Assembly: GCA_964016885.1 (NCBI GenBank)
Contig: OZ024743.1
Span: forward strand, 19,220,001 to 19,284,000
DNA from: Eledone cirrhosa
Taxonomy: Eukaryota
Reading direction: 5' to 3'
DNA length: 64,000 nt
Part shown: one piece after another, positions 41,307 to 56,385 of the stretch
Layout of the letters: each line of letters starts with the position of its first letter
Numbering within the stretch: the first letter of the stretch is position 1
The notes under the pieces: model-generated
Told to the model about the DNA's origin: nothing
The model's input: the letters and a program-made list of their open reading frames with translations, nothing else
Database searches by the model: none
Program-made: the position numbers and the translations under genes

Positions 41307-41460
41307 CTTATCAATAAAGAACTGTATCATATGAAACTACTTTGTATTTTCTTGTGTGTGTTTGTCTATTCACAGATATACAAAAACGTTGTCCCGTCAC
41401 ACATGCATGCGTATGCATGTGTGACGGAACAGCGTTTTTGTATATCTGTGAATAGACAAA

Positions 41461-41503
<43 letters not shown>

Positions 41504-41562
41504 ACAAACACACACATACACACACGCACGCGTATATTTATATATATATGTATATATATATA

Positions 41563-41742
41563 TAGGAAAATGTTTAACCCCGACGGCAGAGCTCAAGCCG
41601 TTTCGACGGCTGAAATAGCCGTCGAAATGTCTTGGGCTCTGCCGTCTGGCTTAAACATTTTCCTATTACCCACTCTACATCCCTAAGTATTGATAACACT
41701 GGTGCGTTATGGTCCATTTGGTTCCTTACCACACATCCTTCG

Positions 41743-41743
<1 letters not shown>
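41563..41743 (+). repeat. Fold-back pLTR 3' fragment in (TA)n (family copies 45268-45461 plus, 54291-54470 minus)
   Basis: Inverted arms centred on GACGGC-tgaaata-GCCGTC GAAA, then a unique 3' tail ending CCTTCGTTATATA. Confidence 0.85.
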
Positions 41744-41797
<54 letters not shown>

Positions 41798-42678
41798 GGA
41801 TGGGGGGTGTAAATATAGGTATGTAGATATATGTCTGTATGTATGTGTGTATATTTATCAGTGTATATATGTGTTTATCTATGTATGTTAGCGTGCATTC
41901 ATATGAAGCTAACAACGTTGAACTTGCATCAAAATGAAATGTTGTTTACATCTCATTATCAAATGTGTTATTCTATGATTCCACGCAGTCATGCTCCTGA
42001 GATACATATACAAACAGAATTATATTGTTCTAGAACAAATTGTTATGCGGTGCATTACATTCCAAAGTAGACGCCTTTTTCATAGCATAAGCAGAAACCT
42101 ATCATACAGAGCAATTATAGTCCGATAGTCTATCTCTTGGCGCCATATAGAATGAAGCTGTCATAAATTCCATTGCAATCAAGCTTACTGTCTGCAGATA
42201 TTAGAAAGATAGCAAGGATAATGTGTTGTTTTATTAATGTATTATTGGATAGAAGAATACATTCGATGCTTAACATGTTCTTGTATAACTAGATACTCTA
42301 TATTCTCACACATAAAATATGAATCCACTTAGCTATAACACTGGGTTAGATTAAAGAGATACACTAAAAACTTCTAAACCTATATAATTTATTTTATCTA
42401 GAGATATCGAAACTTCTTCAAAGAAATACACGAAAAGAAAATATATATTATTTTAGTAACGTTTTTCAACGAGCACTTAATGTAGGACTGCATACCGCAG
42501 AAAAAAAATATGAACCAATTTACAGTTCAAAAAAGATGAGCACTGAATTATTGTAACAATTTGCTATAATATTATAGGGAAAGTGGAGATAATTAATTGA
42601 TTAACTTAATTTTCGATAATTTAAATATCTAAATATTATACCATATTAACTATTGCTTATTACATAAAATACAAATAT

Positions 42679-42716
<38 letters not shown>

Positions 42717-42807
42717 CCAAAGGTTTAACAAAGTTCATTGATTAATCAATGAATATAGTTTTTCAATAGATTAGAACCACTCAAGATTTGGGTTTTCTGG
42801 AGTTATT

Positions 42808-43141
42808 AATATTATTTCAAAATATTAATAAATATAGACATTCATGTGATCAGATATAATTTTATTATATATATTTCAGCGGTACTGAGCTGTTTCATCA
42901 GTACGTCCTCATCAGATAAAATAAATTGATGTCTGACATACCTCAAATGACATACCTCAATTCCAGTTTTAGCAGCCAAAATCTGGAATTGAACCATCAG
43001 CACAGTTGAGGTATGTCAGACATCAATTTATTTTATCTGATGAGGACGTACTGATGAAACATCTGAGTACCTCTGAAATATATATACTAAAATATATTTG
43101 ATCACATGAATGTCTATATTTATTAATATTTTGAAATAATA
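42808..43141. repeat. Fold-back pLTR fragment with two divergent hammerheads
   Basis: 42810-42947 is inverted at 43007-43141. Confidence 0.9.
42859..42922 (-). ncRNA. Type I hammerhead, TATATA stem III family (mirror 43030-43093 plus)
   Basis: Reverse complement: attttat CTGATGA ggac gtactga...tcagtac cgct GAAA tatata TA ataaaat. 7-bp stem I and 7-bp stem II helix. Confidence 0.85.
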
Positions 43142-43151
43142 CATATATATA

Positions 43152-43275
<124 letters not shown>

Positions 43276-44068
43276 GGAAGCCGGTCGGAGTATTGGTTAA
43301 AGCTTTCTCTGTTAATGTATTAAATATTATACTCTTGATTTGGCCAGGGATGAATATTTCCAGATACTTTTTAGGTATGACTTTCCGTATTTATTCTTTG
43401 TATGAAATATTGATTGTTCTTCCGGTATCTTATCTCTGTTTTTAGCCTAAGAAAATACCTATATGCGTGTATAAATAATACATGCATATATTTATTTTTT
43501 TATATCCAATTGAGTTCTTCACGCATGGTTAAAATTATTGAAAGAATTAATTGACCCGCGTGCATATTATTTTATTATTTTATGTTTTGCGATGACCTCC
43601 CCTTTCCGCTTGATGGCAGTGTGAGATTTCTCATTGTGAGACTGCTGGAATTTCAAATTTGGCGGTCATTCTAGCACGGAGGGGCACCATCACTGAACAT
43701 TAATATCGGTAAGGTTTTTTTTTTATTTTTTTATATCGATATTTGTCGGGCATCCACTGATGATTTATAAGTGCCCACCTACATATATTCCTACGGTCTA
43801 TGAGTAGGCATGTACATAACCTGGACTTTATTTTCCCAATTTGTAGAAAACTTATAATGAAACGATCTTTGGAAGGAGAGATGTATTTTAATTATGTCTC
43901 ATATAAAATAATACAACTGGCTATCGTAAATACGTATAGTTAGCACCCCAAACGTATAATTGGGATTATACTAAGGTATATCCTAATGTTTGTTGAGTGA
44001 GACGGAAGCCGGTCGGAGTATTGCTTAAAGCTTTCTCTGTTAATGTATTAAATATATATATATGTATA

Positions 44069-44124
<56 letters not shown>

Positions 44125-44270
44125 GGGTTGTGCATGCCACACTCAAATCATTAAACGAATAGTGTGTCCCTCCATGTGTTATTGGGTAGTCCATAGTGAT
44201 GTATACATAGAATATTTACATTTGCAAAGTTCAAATGTAGAAATCCATAACTCGATTTTTACAGAATCGT

Positions 44271-44349
44271 CCGTTATACATATTTCTGTGGCCTTGTAGA
44301 TTACGCAATGCATTCCTTACGCAACCACCAACCAGACTTCATCAGACAA
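44271..44349 (-). ncRNA. Type I hammerhead-like motif downstream of a PLE endonuclease remnant (about 44740-44900 minus)
   Basis: Reverse complement: ttgt CTGATGA [long imperfect hairpin] GAAA tatgta TA acgg. Same stems I and III as 51657-51704. Confidence 0.62.
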
Positions 44350-44676
44350 CATTTATTAATAACGTTGCTATGTAGCATTACCATTCTAATATGGGCTGTA
44401 GATAAGGAGACGAGCTGAAGCGTTTTTATTCTTTCACATCCCATCCTTTTAAAAACCAGATCCATAAGGGGAAATGCTGCAAAAGAATAAACAATTCCCT
44501 TATACACAGCCCAAATTACAACTTGATTGCTTTAGATGCTGTTTGATGAAGACTTGTTGTTGGTTGCGTGATGATTGTATTGAGTAAACATGGGCGCCAC
44601 AGAAATAGTTATTACAGCAGATTCTGAATAAAATTAGATATGAATTTCTATATGTGGCTTTTGTATTTATTAGTGT

Positions 44677-44730
<54 letters not shown>

Positions 44731-45230
44731 TGTATGTATAAAGGGTTTATAGAAGTCGTGTACTCCTAGGGAGAACAGAAATTTATTAAGGAGTGGTATA
44801 GGTGAGGTTATTAGTCCGGAACTTTCCAAGGCATTTGGATATATTTGGACTTGTATGCACGACGGTTGAAGACACCTTTGGATAATTTTTAGTGATATGA
44901 TTGTTTATAGAATATTCCGTTTTTCGACTGTCCACAAAATAAACGATTTCATTCATTTGCATATGATCCCGATCTTTCCAGAATCAATCATTTGAGGAGG
45001 ACATCCGGGCCCCTCTACTTGACTCTCCACACATTGCTTGCAGGTTTCCTGTCAGATCTCTTATCTGGGTGTTTAACGGTCATTTAATTCTTAAAGAAAC
45101 GCTTCCAAAGCGACCTTCAGACAAAGTTAGTTCGACGAAGTCAATGAAACACGTGTAGCCGGAAGCATCATTTGTTAGTGTAATAAATGATTATATACAC
45201 ACACCCATATATATATATATATATATACAC

Positions 45231-45268
<38 letters not shown>

Positions 45269-45459
45269 ACATTTTTAACCCCGACGGCAGAGCTCAAGCC
45301 GTTTCCACGGCTATTTCAATGGCGTCCAGAAATAGTCGTCGAAACGGCTTGAGCTCTGCCGTCGGGGTTAAACATTTTCCTAATACCCACTCTACTACCC
45401 TAAGTATTGAGTACTCTGGTGCGTTATGGTCCATCCGGTTCATTAGCACACTTCCTTCG

Positions 45460-45524
<65 letters not shown>

Positions 45525-45530
<6 letters not shown>

Positions 45531-45897
45531 AGAAAAAAAGAGAATCAGTGTTGCGACGAATGGAATTTATTGGATATATTACAATCGTTTCTTTGGCGTG
45601 TACAATTCTTGACCACTCATAGAATGGCAACAATAGGATCTAACCCGACAGGCGAAGGCTATCGATGTAAAAGGACATCGGAAAATCTTCTTCGTAGAAT
45701 TAAGACGCATCTGAGGACCTTGCGATTTTCAGAGTAAGGTTCGATCATCACATCGATCGTGCCTCGAGCTGGTCGCCAAAGAAACGATTGTAATATATCC
45801 AATAAATTCCATTCGTCGCAATACTGATTCTCATTTTGTATGTGATATACTCTGCTCTATGTGGGCATACGGACGCTTTAAGCATCCAACACCAATT
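45525..45897. repeat. Fold-back pLTR-like fragment with HHR 3' half
   Basis: 45540-45598 is inverted at 45774-45832. GAAACGATTGTA is followed by AATAAA. Confidence 0.75.
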
Positions 45898-46124
45898 ATA
45901 TATATATATATATTGAATTTACTTTGACATATGCACTGATCAATAATATATTCCCGCAGGAATAATTGCGAGCCGTTGAGAGAATCTCAACTTTGGTGCT
46001 TGACCTAATAAATATAACAGCATTCGTTTACAGACATACATACACAGATCTTCATTGCGACATGTATTAATTATAGAAATATGTACATGCACACACATTT
46101 CTGAAGCATAGAATCACAGAAATA

Positions 46125-46338
46125 ATGCTTTTTGACTTAGGGACAAGACGCACAATTTTGCAGGGGAAGAAAGTCGATTAAATCGACTTTATTGGGTTAT
46201 TTGTGCTCTATTTTAACGACCCCGTAATGATGAAATGAAAAGCTAACCGTGGTGGGATTTGAAATCAGTACGTAAATGGCTGTAACTCAATGCAGCGAAG
46301 CATGGAACACGATGCTCATCCGATACCTCCACCACCCT
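46125..46338 (-). mobile_element. Old degenerate SINE copy
   Basis: CGACCCCGTAA.GATGAAA and GGGATTTGAA match the SINE core and B box. Confidence 0.7.
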
Positions 46339-47064
46339 CAGAATCACATCGAAATATCAAGACCATTCAGCTATATGCATAGAGAAACTTTGATCAAATG
46401 CAAGTATACTGATACACAGAGTTAAATATATAAATGCACACGTATGTAGGGTGCATAAGGGTAGATAATTTATATGGCATTTAAGCATACAGACATGTAC
46501 ATATATATTCGAATACAAACATAAAATTGTCTATATAAAGCTAAGTGGACACAGGCAGTTTCTTGTACCAATATATGTAGATGGGGGAGAGCATCTTCCA
46601 ACACACACACGTCAACACACTCACACATTTACATTCGCAAACAAACAAACACATGCATCTAGGCATACGGACGAAGACAATTAATTCCAATCGGTGAAGT
46701 TTAAGCGTACACAAGAAACTCACACTATCACAGAGGGTCATGAACAGAAACGTATACTTGTAATTGAAATCATGTAATTCTAATTCACAAAAACACCTCA
46801 AAATTATTAATGCAAGATAGAAATAAAAAGGTAAAAGTTGATTCATGTGTGTATGCGCATAAGTAGAGAGTGAGAGAATAAGATTGGGGGGAATGCAGTA
46901 GCTAGAAGAATGAACACGAAAATGAAGAATGTAAATTATTATATTCATATTATTATATTCATATGTCGTTATTGATAATACATATACATGCATACAATCA
47001 CACACGCTCACGCACACATATAGACACAGACACGCACACATACAGACACACACACAAACACACT

Positions 47065-47114
<50 letters not shown>

Positions 47115-47155
47115 TTTCTTTTTTACCTTGAACTATATATATATATATGTGTGTA

Positions 47156-47209
<54 letters not shown>

Positions 47210-48849
47210 TGTTGCCTTCATTCATATATTCAGATGTGTGCCTGGTGCCCTGCGAGAAGTGGGAGTTCAAGTCACGAACCCTTCATTGTAAATTGATAAA
47301 CAATCTAGAATATTTGGGTCTTTTGTCGTAGAAAGCAATTTGTAATGCATTGATTTTGAGAAATATATATTTATTTCACTCATTTTTGTTTAATGCTATT
47401 CGCCCGCCATTGGAATGATAAACATCTTTCGTTTCACTAAATCTGTATTTTTATAACTAAACGAAACAATACTTCCATGTTTAACACTTCATAACAGAAG
47501 ACGTGTGAAATAATATCATTCGTGAACAGGTGAACATTTTATCAGATCGATTTGATGAATTTCTTTGGGATTTGTTGCTATTGAGTCTTCAAATATACGA
47601 GCTAAGCAAATAGAAAAAATTAAAAGAAAAACGCATACGCATGTGTGTATGTGTAGCGGAAGATAAGTGTATATGTGTGTGTGTCTGTGTTTGTGTGTAA
47701 AATCCCATTTCAATACGTTCTTTTCCTCAGGCGCAAATCCTATATTGTATGTCTCAGCTAACTACAGTGTAACATTGTATAATTGGTATACTTGCTACAT
47801 TTACTGATTATTGACACAATTCTCCAGAGAATACAAGCTATGCATAATCATGTCTTATTAGTTTATAATTATGTAAACTTGCATGCCATCTGTGTGTTTT
47901 GATATAATTTTACTGTGCGACATTTAATAATCATGTTATCGACAGAAAATTAAACCAAGCTGTTCATGTATATTTCAACTCGAACGTTAACAATTCTAAA
48001 TGTTTCCCTCACTTAGATGAGAAAAACAGTCTCCACGACATTTTCAAGGACACCAAAACTGGCGGAAGAGAGGAAAGTATCTCCTGACTAAAAGCATCAA
48101 CCGAATATTTGCAATACATTAGATGGCGTTGTAAAATTAGGTGTTATATTAATTCTCCCACACACGTAGTTAGGTCATAGTAGGACTTCTATTCACACCA
48201 CAATGCGCGAAAAAAATACCGAAAGGAATAACTCCGGATGCTCAAAAACATCTGCCAATCTACCACCTTAGAATTCCATTTCATTTATAGGCCCCGGAAA
48301 ACTGATCTCAAAGTTGACATATATTGGATAGGAAATCAGAACGCAAAGAATCTGAATAAAGAGCGTTTTGAGGGAAACCTTATATATCAAATGATTGATA
48401 TAAAAATTAGCCATATTTTTTCTCTAATATATAAATGCCAAATTAGAAGTATAAAAACAAATTTATGTATTATTTCCACATCGTTATTAAAGGGCAATAA
48501 TGAAACAGTGTGGCCTCAGTAATTGACAACATATCAAGAGATTGAAAGGCCATAATCAATCTAGGGGATTAGCTGTCAAAGGAAGATGAAGATTATGCTT
48601 CTGAATGTAGAATGGAGCAGCCGATTTCGTGCATACGCATTCCAATTCTTTGACGCGTCAATCACATGGACTGTCATTTGATTTGCTTATGAGCAATTCT
48701 CATCATTATTCTGCATTACTTGCAAGTGACTGTATTAAACAAACTGAGGGATTTCTAGATCTGCTATCAAATATTCCTTATTCCCGTTCTATTATTTAAT
48801 ACGATATTTTTATTACATCTGTTTTGTTTTTTTCATTTGGTATTGCAGT

Positions 48850-49930
48850 ACAACCTTTCGTGCGGTTGCACATAGGCTTAGCATTTCATACAATTTGCCG
48901 AGTATTCTCCTCGCAGTGTTATTTCGTCATCCTCCATGGTCCAACATGGGTATTTAATCCATGTCTGAATCATCCTTCTTGATGACATCACGGAACCATT
49001 TCATATTTGGTACGGCAATGATGTGATTATAGATTGAACTTCTGATGATATTTTCCATGTCGATTGAGTCCATTATTTCTAGTACTGGATTGGCAGTATC
49101 GGTAGAGGGTCGGACGCCATGCTTTCCAGCATAGTTACATCCGTTTACGATCTGAGTTCAAATCCCGCCGAGGTTGACTTTGCCTTTCATCCTTACGGGG
49201 TCGATAAAATAAAGTACCAGTAATGCACTGGTAATTGCTGGCCTTGTGCCTAAAAGTAGAAACAATTATTTCTAGTACTCTATCATGGATATTCGAGCGA
49301 CACTTCATCAGGTGCAGATATCATTGACAGAAAGCAACCTCATCCTTGGTAAACTAGTCATCATGCTTTTCATCCGATCAACCCTCATGTTGAAGCATTA
49401 CCCATTCCAAAGGTACGTAGGAAAATACGTCTGATTGACTTGCAACGATTCTATTTCTACTGAAACTTTTCTTCAACTTACCGAAGCTTCTGTACACTTT
49501 TCGCAAATAATCTTTTTGTAGCCAGGCAAGGTACCTGGCTACAAAAAGAATATTTGTGAAAAGCGTATAGAAGCTTCGGCATGTTGAAGAGAAATTTCAG
49601 TAACAATAGAATCCATATGGCAAATATTATCAGCAAATTAAATGGTACCGTGATATCATCAACAAGGACGAATCAGGCATCACTGAACCTGAAATCACCA
49701 TCCGGCATGGTTTAGATGAAATATACAACATCCGGTTTGATGTCACATTTAGATACGGTAGACTTGATCTTCGCTCTATCTGCTTTATGATCACGTAAAA
49801 GTCCAACATTTCTCACTCTACTTCTATCAAGCTCCTATCACAAAAAATATCCACATTACATTAGGACATACTATATTGATGGCATACGCTGCCTACATGG
49901 CCTAGACCCAACTTCTTTATCGGTTGAACA
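48850..49930 (-). mobile_element. Degenerate LINE-like remnant containing a SINE and a palindrome
   Basis: Weak resemblance to an RTE 3' region by eye. Confidence 0.3.
49087..49264 (+). mobile_element. Octopod-type SINE with 15-bp TSD
   Basis: TSD ATTATTTCTAGTACT at 49072-49086 and 49265-49279. Confidence 0.92.
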
Positions 49931-50625
49931 TATATATGAGACATATATATGTATGCATCATTACTCATAGACTTAATGAGCATTTGACTGCTAGAAACAC
50001 AATGTGTCCAGATGAAAATGTATTATATATATAGAAATGTGGATAAGTGGTTTGATTATATTTCCAAATATGTAGTTTTCTATTAATTATATATATAAAT
50101 ATAGCATTGTGTATGCATGCACGTGTGTGTTCCTGCGCGTGTGTATGTATGTATATGTGTGTATATGTGGGTACATACACGGGAGTGTGAACAGACGTGT
50201 GAGATACCAAACCCAGCATGGGTCCATTGAAGTGTGTAGGACCAAAAATGGCTGATGACCAGTGTAGCAGTAAATAGTGACCAGAACTTATGATAACGTA
50301 GAAAAACAACAGCCAATGGCATGACAAGAGTGGAAACTGTTTTTTGAAGGTGTTTTTTTACGATAACACCCCAGTGAGAAAATTTGCTCCGAACGAATTG
50401 CATGTGTCCGAAGGAACCTGCAGCCGTAGCATCAGCCAGATCCATACAGTGATCATGTTTCGAGCTACCTGCCGGTGAACCAATTGTAACACGCAATAAA
50501 CTGAGTCCAGCTGCATCACTGATTTTATCGTTTTTTTATACTATTCAGACTCTGCTCTGTATTAATACTGAGTGCTAATTTTGGCATACCGCCTATGGAA
50601 GCACCATAGATACCATTATACACAC

Positions 50626-50673
<48 letters not shown>

Positions 50674-50874
50674 GAGAGACGTAAACTAAGAAAATTATAA
50701 AATTAACTTACTTTAGTAAGTAAGTTAATTTTATAATTTTCTTATTTTACGTCTCTCATATTATTGTTCTGCAACCCCATGCATTGAACCACAAAGTTAC
50801 TAAGACAAAACCTATATATTTGCTAGCATTGATATGCATCTATATGTATATATATGTTACTAGATATTAATTCT

Positions 50875-50938
<64 letters not shown>

Positions 50939-50968
50939 TAATTTGATGTTTAATTATAGACAGGTACG

Positions 50969-51003
<35 letters not shown>

Positions 51004-51656
51004 TATTTAATTTTTACATTCGTTGCATTAGATACTTTAAATACTGCCCATCATTCTCGACAAGGGGCCAGTTTTTCCACGGGGAGTCTGAATAAGTTAA
51101 TATCCAGCTCTGAACTCCATCCCTAGATTTTTTCTTAGCATAAAGACTGTTGTAAGAGTTAGAATACCAGAGGGCTCTCTGGTCTTCTAACTCTTAACTC
51201 TTAACGTCTGAATTCTAGAGTTCATTCTGGGTTTGCGGGTTGTGAAATCTTTAATGTTTTCCATAAGTTATATTAACCATAGCAGTAGGTAACTTTCTCG
51301 ATTTGGGGTTGATGGTCTGTATATTATACCTCCATAAATGGGCAGCGGGTACGAACGCAATAAGTTTTGAAGGCCACGAAAGGTAGCAGTAAATACATTT
51401 CGGCTGGTCTGAACTCCAACAGACCGTATAGAGTTGTCGGCCGAGGTGGCAAGGGGCTGGTAAATAGAGAGAACACATAAGTTGGGGATATATTTGGTTG
51501 TAGTCGAGTTGTCAGCAACCCACACCCCTATGACTAAGCAGGGCTGTCGGGATGTTCTGAAAATTAGAAGGGAGCGGGTGCTCTAAGCAAAAACACTTTT
51601 TTCAGTCTGCTGCCTTCCACCAAAAATTGCCTCGGAAATGTTACCTTTTGATCAAT

Positions 51657-51704
51657 TTGTCTGAAGAAATCACCAATCGATCGTCGTTGAAATATGTATA
51701 ACGG
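51657..51704 (+). ncRNA. Type I hammerhead-like motif
   Basis: ttgt CTGAAGA aa...tt GAAA tatgta TA acgg. Stem II is weak. Confidence 0.55.
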
Positions 51705-51761
51705 CTCAATTATTAAAGGACCTAACATCTTCAACTTCGCATTTTCCTGTTTATATATATA

Positions 51762-54261
51762 CTAGCAGAAGTACCCGGTGTTGCCCGGGTGTAAGTCGAC
51801 CTTTGGTCTGTTAGAATGTGTGAAAGTTACTTCCCGCGCATCACAGGTTCAAAACTTCGAACTTCAATGAAAAAAAATTGGTTAGTAGACACAGGTGTGT
51901 AATTTATTAATTGTAGTTACACAGTGTATCGTTGAAATTGTTCTCTGCACGACTGACGGAAGTCAAAATCGCTTGATATTGAATGTTCAGTTAATTTAAA
52001 GTAGGGTGAAAATGTCGATTACTTTCAGGTTTTTTTGTTTTTTACAATTTTTGCGCTCATATGTGCAGAAGAAGTATTAAAGGGGCCTTTATCTTAACCG
52101 CGGCATAATGGCGAGTCTTTTGTGACAGTTTTCAAGAATATAGGACGTTCCTGTAAAAAGTTTTCCCATGTGTAACTATGCCTTGTTTTTTTGCACAAAG
52201 TCGAGCCCCGCTTCAGTTTTATTGATTTTTTACATCAATGCGTGATCTCTGAAGTAGATTTGAGTAGCTAAAAACCTGTCCCAGTAAATTTGCTATAGGC
52301 GAAAAAAAGTTGATCAAAATTGTATCTAGGGTTATTGCCCTTTGCCACAGCCTCAAGCCTCGTCTGACGGGATGTTGGTGATTCCTCCGTCAGCGCTTGT
52401 TGGCGACGAAGGCGAACATCAGCAAGCCCTGTCGTACGTGATGTTGGTGACTCAACCAGCCGGGAAAGACGTCTATCAGCGAGTCGAGATTCGCGCTCAG
52501 CAGGTGTTTCCTAGAGAAAATTAATTAATTCTACTGGTTAGCTAAGCCAATGGCAGTGGCAATAGTAAATGAGAAAAGTCTAACATGAACAAAAGGGAAT
52601 CAAGGTAAGACAATAAATTTAATATAACTACGATTAGAATGTTGTAGTTGCTTAACAGTGGTGACAGTTAGGATAAACGCAGTACTTGCTAACATTAAGG
52701 GGGAATATTGCATAAAGGATTAATCAATTTTGAATGAACTCATACCTGAGAACGTCTAATTCGTTGTCTCAAAGCAGTAGCTGTACCTTTTTTGGAGGTA
52801 AGTCTTGAACGTTTCCGTGTGGGCATAACGACGCGTAACGAAGCTGTTAGGTTAGAGAGAGGTGATTAAATACAGAGAGAGATGACACCAGATTCGTTAG
52901 CATGGTTACTGGTGAATGGGAAGGTTTGGAAATATGATTACAATAACTTACCGAATTTTCCGGTCTATAAATTGCACTTAAAATAATTAAATTTAATAAA
53001 AAAACAGCTCTGCGCTTTATACTCCGGTGAGCCTTATGATAAATAATACAATGGTAATCAATCACGGCTCTAACAGAAGTAATAGATCTAGACTAAAAGT
53101 AAAGAAGATAGCATTTTCCTGGTTGGCCTTACACGCCGTTGCGCGGACCTGATTTTAAATGATACGCCTTATATCCTGGTGAGCCTTATAGAGCGGAAAA
53201 TATCTATTGGAAAAGAATACGAATTCATGACCAAGGTGTGACAAAATAGGCGTCTATACAGCGCCTGAAACAAACTTGTCCAAAACCCTAGGATTTTTCT
53301 CGTTAAGTATCCACCCAAAAGGAACCGTTTTTTAGTTACAAAAAATAACCAAAGTGTATAGTAGCTATATTTCTGACATATCATGCCAAAAAGAACAATA
53401 TATTCAAAAAATGTTCTAAAGTACATTCAATCTCTCTTTTTGACCGATATCTTAATAAGCAAGTTATCGATTTTTTATTGGCTGTCAGTGTCTATCTGCA
53501 TGCAGGTGTGCACGTGTGCGCAATTAATTGCAAATACGCTCATAACATTTAGTCGTAAGCAGAACAAAAAATGCCATTAGAGGTGGGATAATAATGAAGA
53601 CACAAAACCTGGTGAACTTACGTTTAAACACCCGAAACGTTACTCACTTCCTGTGCAAAAGACTGTATTATAAATTAAGTAATTTTTTAGAATCTTTTGT
53701 TTAAAAAAGGAAAACATTGGTACGGACGTAACAATTTTTACAACTTTGTATGTGTACAATACAACTTGGTCAACGTATTAATTAGTAATTTTTTTTTTCA
53801 AAAAGCATGATTATTTAAGACTGTTTGAAAATTTACTCACAGCTTTTAGCATCACAAAAGACACCATTAAATTTGGTTCCCTTTTCAGATAGGGATAATA
53901 CTGTATTTCCACTTGAATAAGGTGGAATATGAAAAGATAAACTCTTTAATGGTCGGTCGTTTACTGAGACAGCTGGGAAGACATGCAGCTGGCCGTCCAA
54001 TCAATAACGCACGTCCTTATATGGGCATATGAAATTTATTTTTATTGTGCCAGATGTAAACTAAGAGTTCTTGTGTTCGAATTCCATAACATTTAATTGG
54101 AATCGAAAAACATTCTGTCATAGGGCCCGATTATCGATTTTTCGAAAGTTTCAAGTAGCCTATTCCACTCTACGCGTTGAGTTTTATATATGTGTGAGGT
54201 TTCATGAAAATTGGATGAACGGTGTAGCATGCAAGTTCGGAACACTAAACAGTCCATCTTC

Positions 54262-54280
<19 letters not shown>
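51762..54280 (-). mobile_element. Non-autonomous Helitron
   Basis: A-CTAG then hairpin ACCCGG..CCGGGT (reverse complement of a Helitron 3' end). The 5' end resembles that of Helitron 10490. Minus-strand ESPTSRQTRLEA near 52350-52390 resembles Helitron N-terminal repeats. Confidence 0.75.
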
Positions 54281-54292
<12 letters not shown>

Positions 54293-54498
54293 ACGAAGGA
54301 CGTGTGGTAAGGAACCAGGTGGCCCATAACGCACCAAAGTACTCGATACATAGGGTGGTTAATAGGAAAAGGGTCAGGACCCCGATGGCTGAGCTCTGGC
54401 CATTTCGACAGCTAGCACCAAGCTGTCGAAACGGCCGGACCTCAGCCGTCGGGATCCTGACTCCTTTCCTATATATATATATAGTTAAATATATATAC

Positions 54499-54542
<44 letters not shown>

Positions 54543-54669
54543 GGGTATGTGTGCCTGTGTATGTTTGTGTGCGCGCGCGCGTGTGTGTGTGTGTATATCA
54601 TCATCATGATCATCACCATCATCATCTTCCTTTAACGTCCATCTTCCACGCTACCATGGGTTAGACGGG

Positions 54670-54715
<46 letters not shown>

Positions 54716-55957
54716 CATATATATTATATGTATTATATTATATTATTTATGTTCATACACGAACCAAAGCAAAATGCTACCTAAGGATTCAAAGCCCGAT
54801 ATTGAACATAGCTCCAGACTGTGAGGCGGCTTAAAATTGTGACCTAATCTTCAAGCGCTTTTATAATAAAAAATATTATGAAAGTACATAAATCAGATTA
54901 AGTTGGTTGTAAATTAGTTGAATTTGTTGAATATTTCCACTTAGCACCCAGTTGGCTATTGAGATGTAAGCATCAACTAACTATTTCGCTCTTTGAGTTC
55001 AAATAATTATTATTTGGCGAAAAAAGACCTTGTAATTTTCTAAATTTCTCACTAAGTCCAAGACGACATCTATTGGTATCATTGGCAAGGTCTGGTTCAT
55101 TCAAGTATTTAATATTATCAGTAATATTATCAGTAATATTATTTGTGACACCTCTCCTTTAATCAACAGACATCTCTTGTTAGATTTGTACTGGTTCTCA
55201 TATCACTCTCACACTTTCTTTTCTGCGCACACACAAACACACACACACACACACACACACCCACACATGTCAATGTTCCTGATTTGCTCACTCCTTACTC
55301 CTTTCCTACCATGCCTAGCCAACTATGACCTTTTTTTCTGTTTCTCCTTTGTGATCTTGTCTCTAGTCTGTACTCCTGAAGAAGGGCTAAAGCCCGACAT
55401 GTCAAACTTTCTTTCCTCTTTCCAATATAAAATGTGAAACTAATAACACTTTTGTACCTTTAGTTGTTGTCTCATTGAACTTTATTACCAAGGCTTAAGA
55501 GGCAAACTTTATATTTTGAACCTGGATATTTACCTACACCTTGTGACTGCTCTATTTACCATCCTGTCCAGCCAGCGGATTACCCACGGTCATTGAATAT
55601 TTAGATTTTTATTGAATTGCTCTTCTCTGCACTAATCATCCAAAGCCTTCTTTTCTATCTTCTCTCTCTTGTCGAACTTTCTTCTTTCCAATATAATGCG
55701 CCAAACTAATAATATATTTGTAACTCTGTATGTTGACTCCTTGAACTATACACACGCACACGCGCGCACGCACACACACACATACACACACACACATACA
55801 AACACGCACACACACACATTTACATATATATATACCTTGTTTAACACTCGCCTGATTTCCTCCCGTCATTATTTTCTGTTTGACCATTTTTTACTCTCCT
55901 CTGTCTTTTTCTTTCCCATTCTCACTCCCCTTGTCTCTCGACTTCTCTCTGTGTGTG

Positions 55958-56005
<48 letters not shown>

Positions 56006-56146
56006 GAAAGAATAAACAACAACAAGGGGCTTTATTTCAGGTGTTAACAATTGTTTCAATGATCAGGTGAGTCTAGAGGCCGCTAATCGCCTGAAGTTGC
56101 GTCACTCGATCTCAATTACATTATTTAACTCTGACGAAATCCTAAG

Positions 56147-56178
<32 letters not shown>

Positions 56179-56189
56179 TGTATATATAA

Positions 56190-56385
56190 TTAATATAGAA
56201 AGGCTTCTACAGGACTAGTAATGTTACATTCAGGAGAAATCATTCCTGGCTTCCTGATGATTTCTCCAGAATTAAACAGTTCTAGTCCTATAGAAGCCTT
56301 TTCTATATTAAATATTTGTACTCTGCTTTGTATTGAGTACCTTACTTACTGTGGTTACTGACGATTGAACCCGCGATAAACTTAT
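56190..56385. repeat. Fold-back pLTR-like fragment centred next to a CTGATGA
   Basis: 56190-56251 is inverted at 56257-56311. Confidence 0.75.

Noticed and set aside
50446-50523. Minus-strand hammerhead remnant (similar remnants at 45141-45160, 61491-61583 and 63785-63815)
   Set aside because: Only the GAAAC-palindrome half is intact and the CUGANGA half is degenerate, so these are not called as features.
55370-55405. Hammerhead CTGAAGA-agggc/gccc-GACATGTC
   Set aside because: The GAAA core is broken and there is no stem I; a remnant at most.
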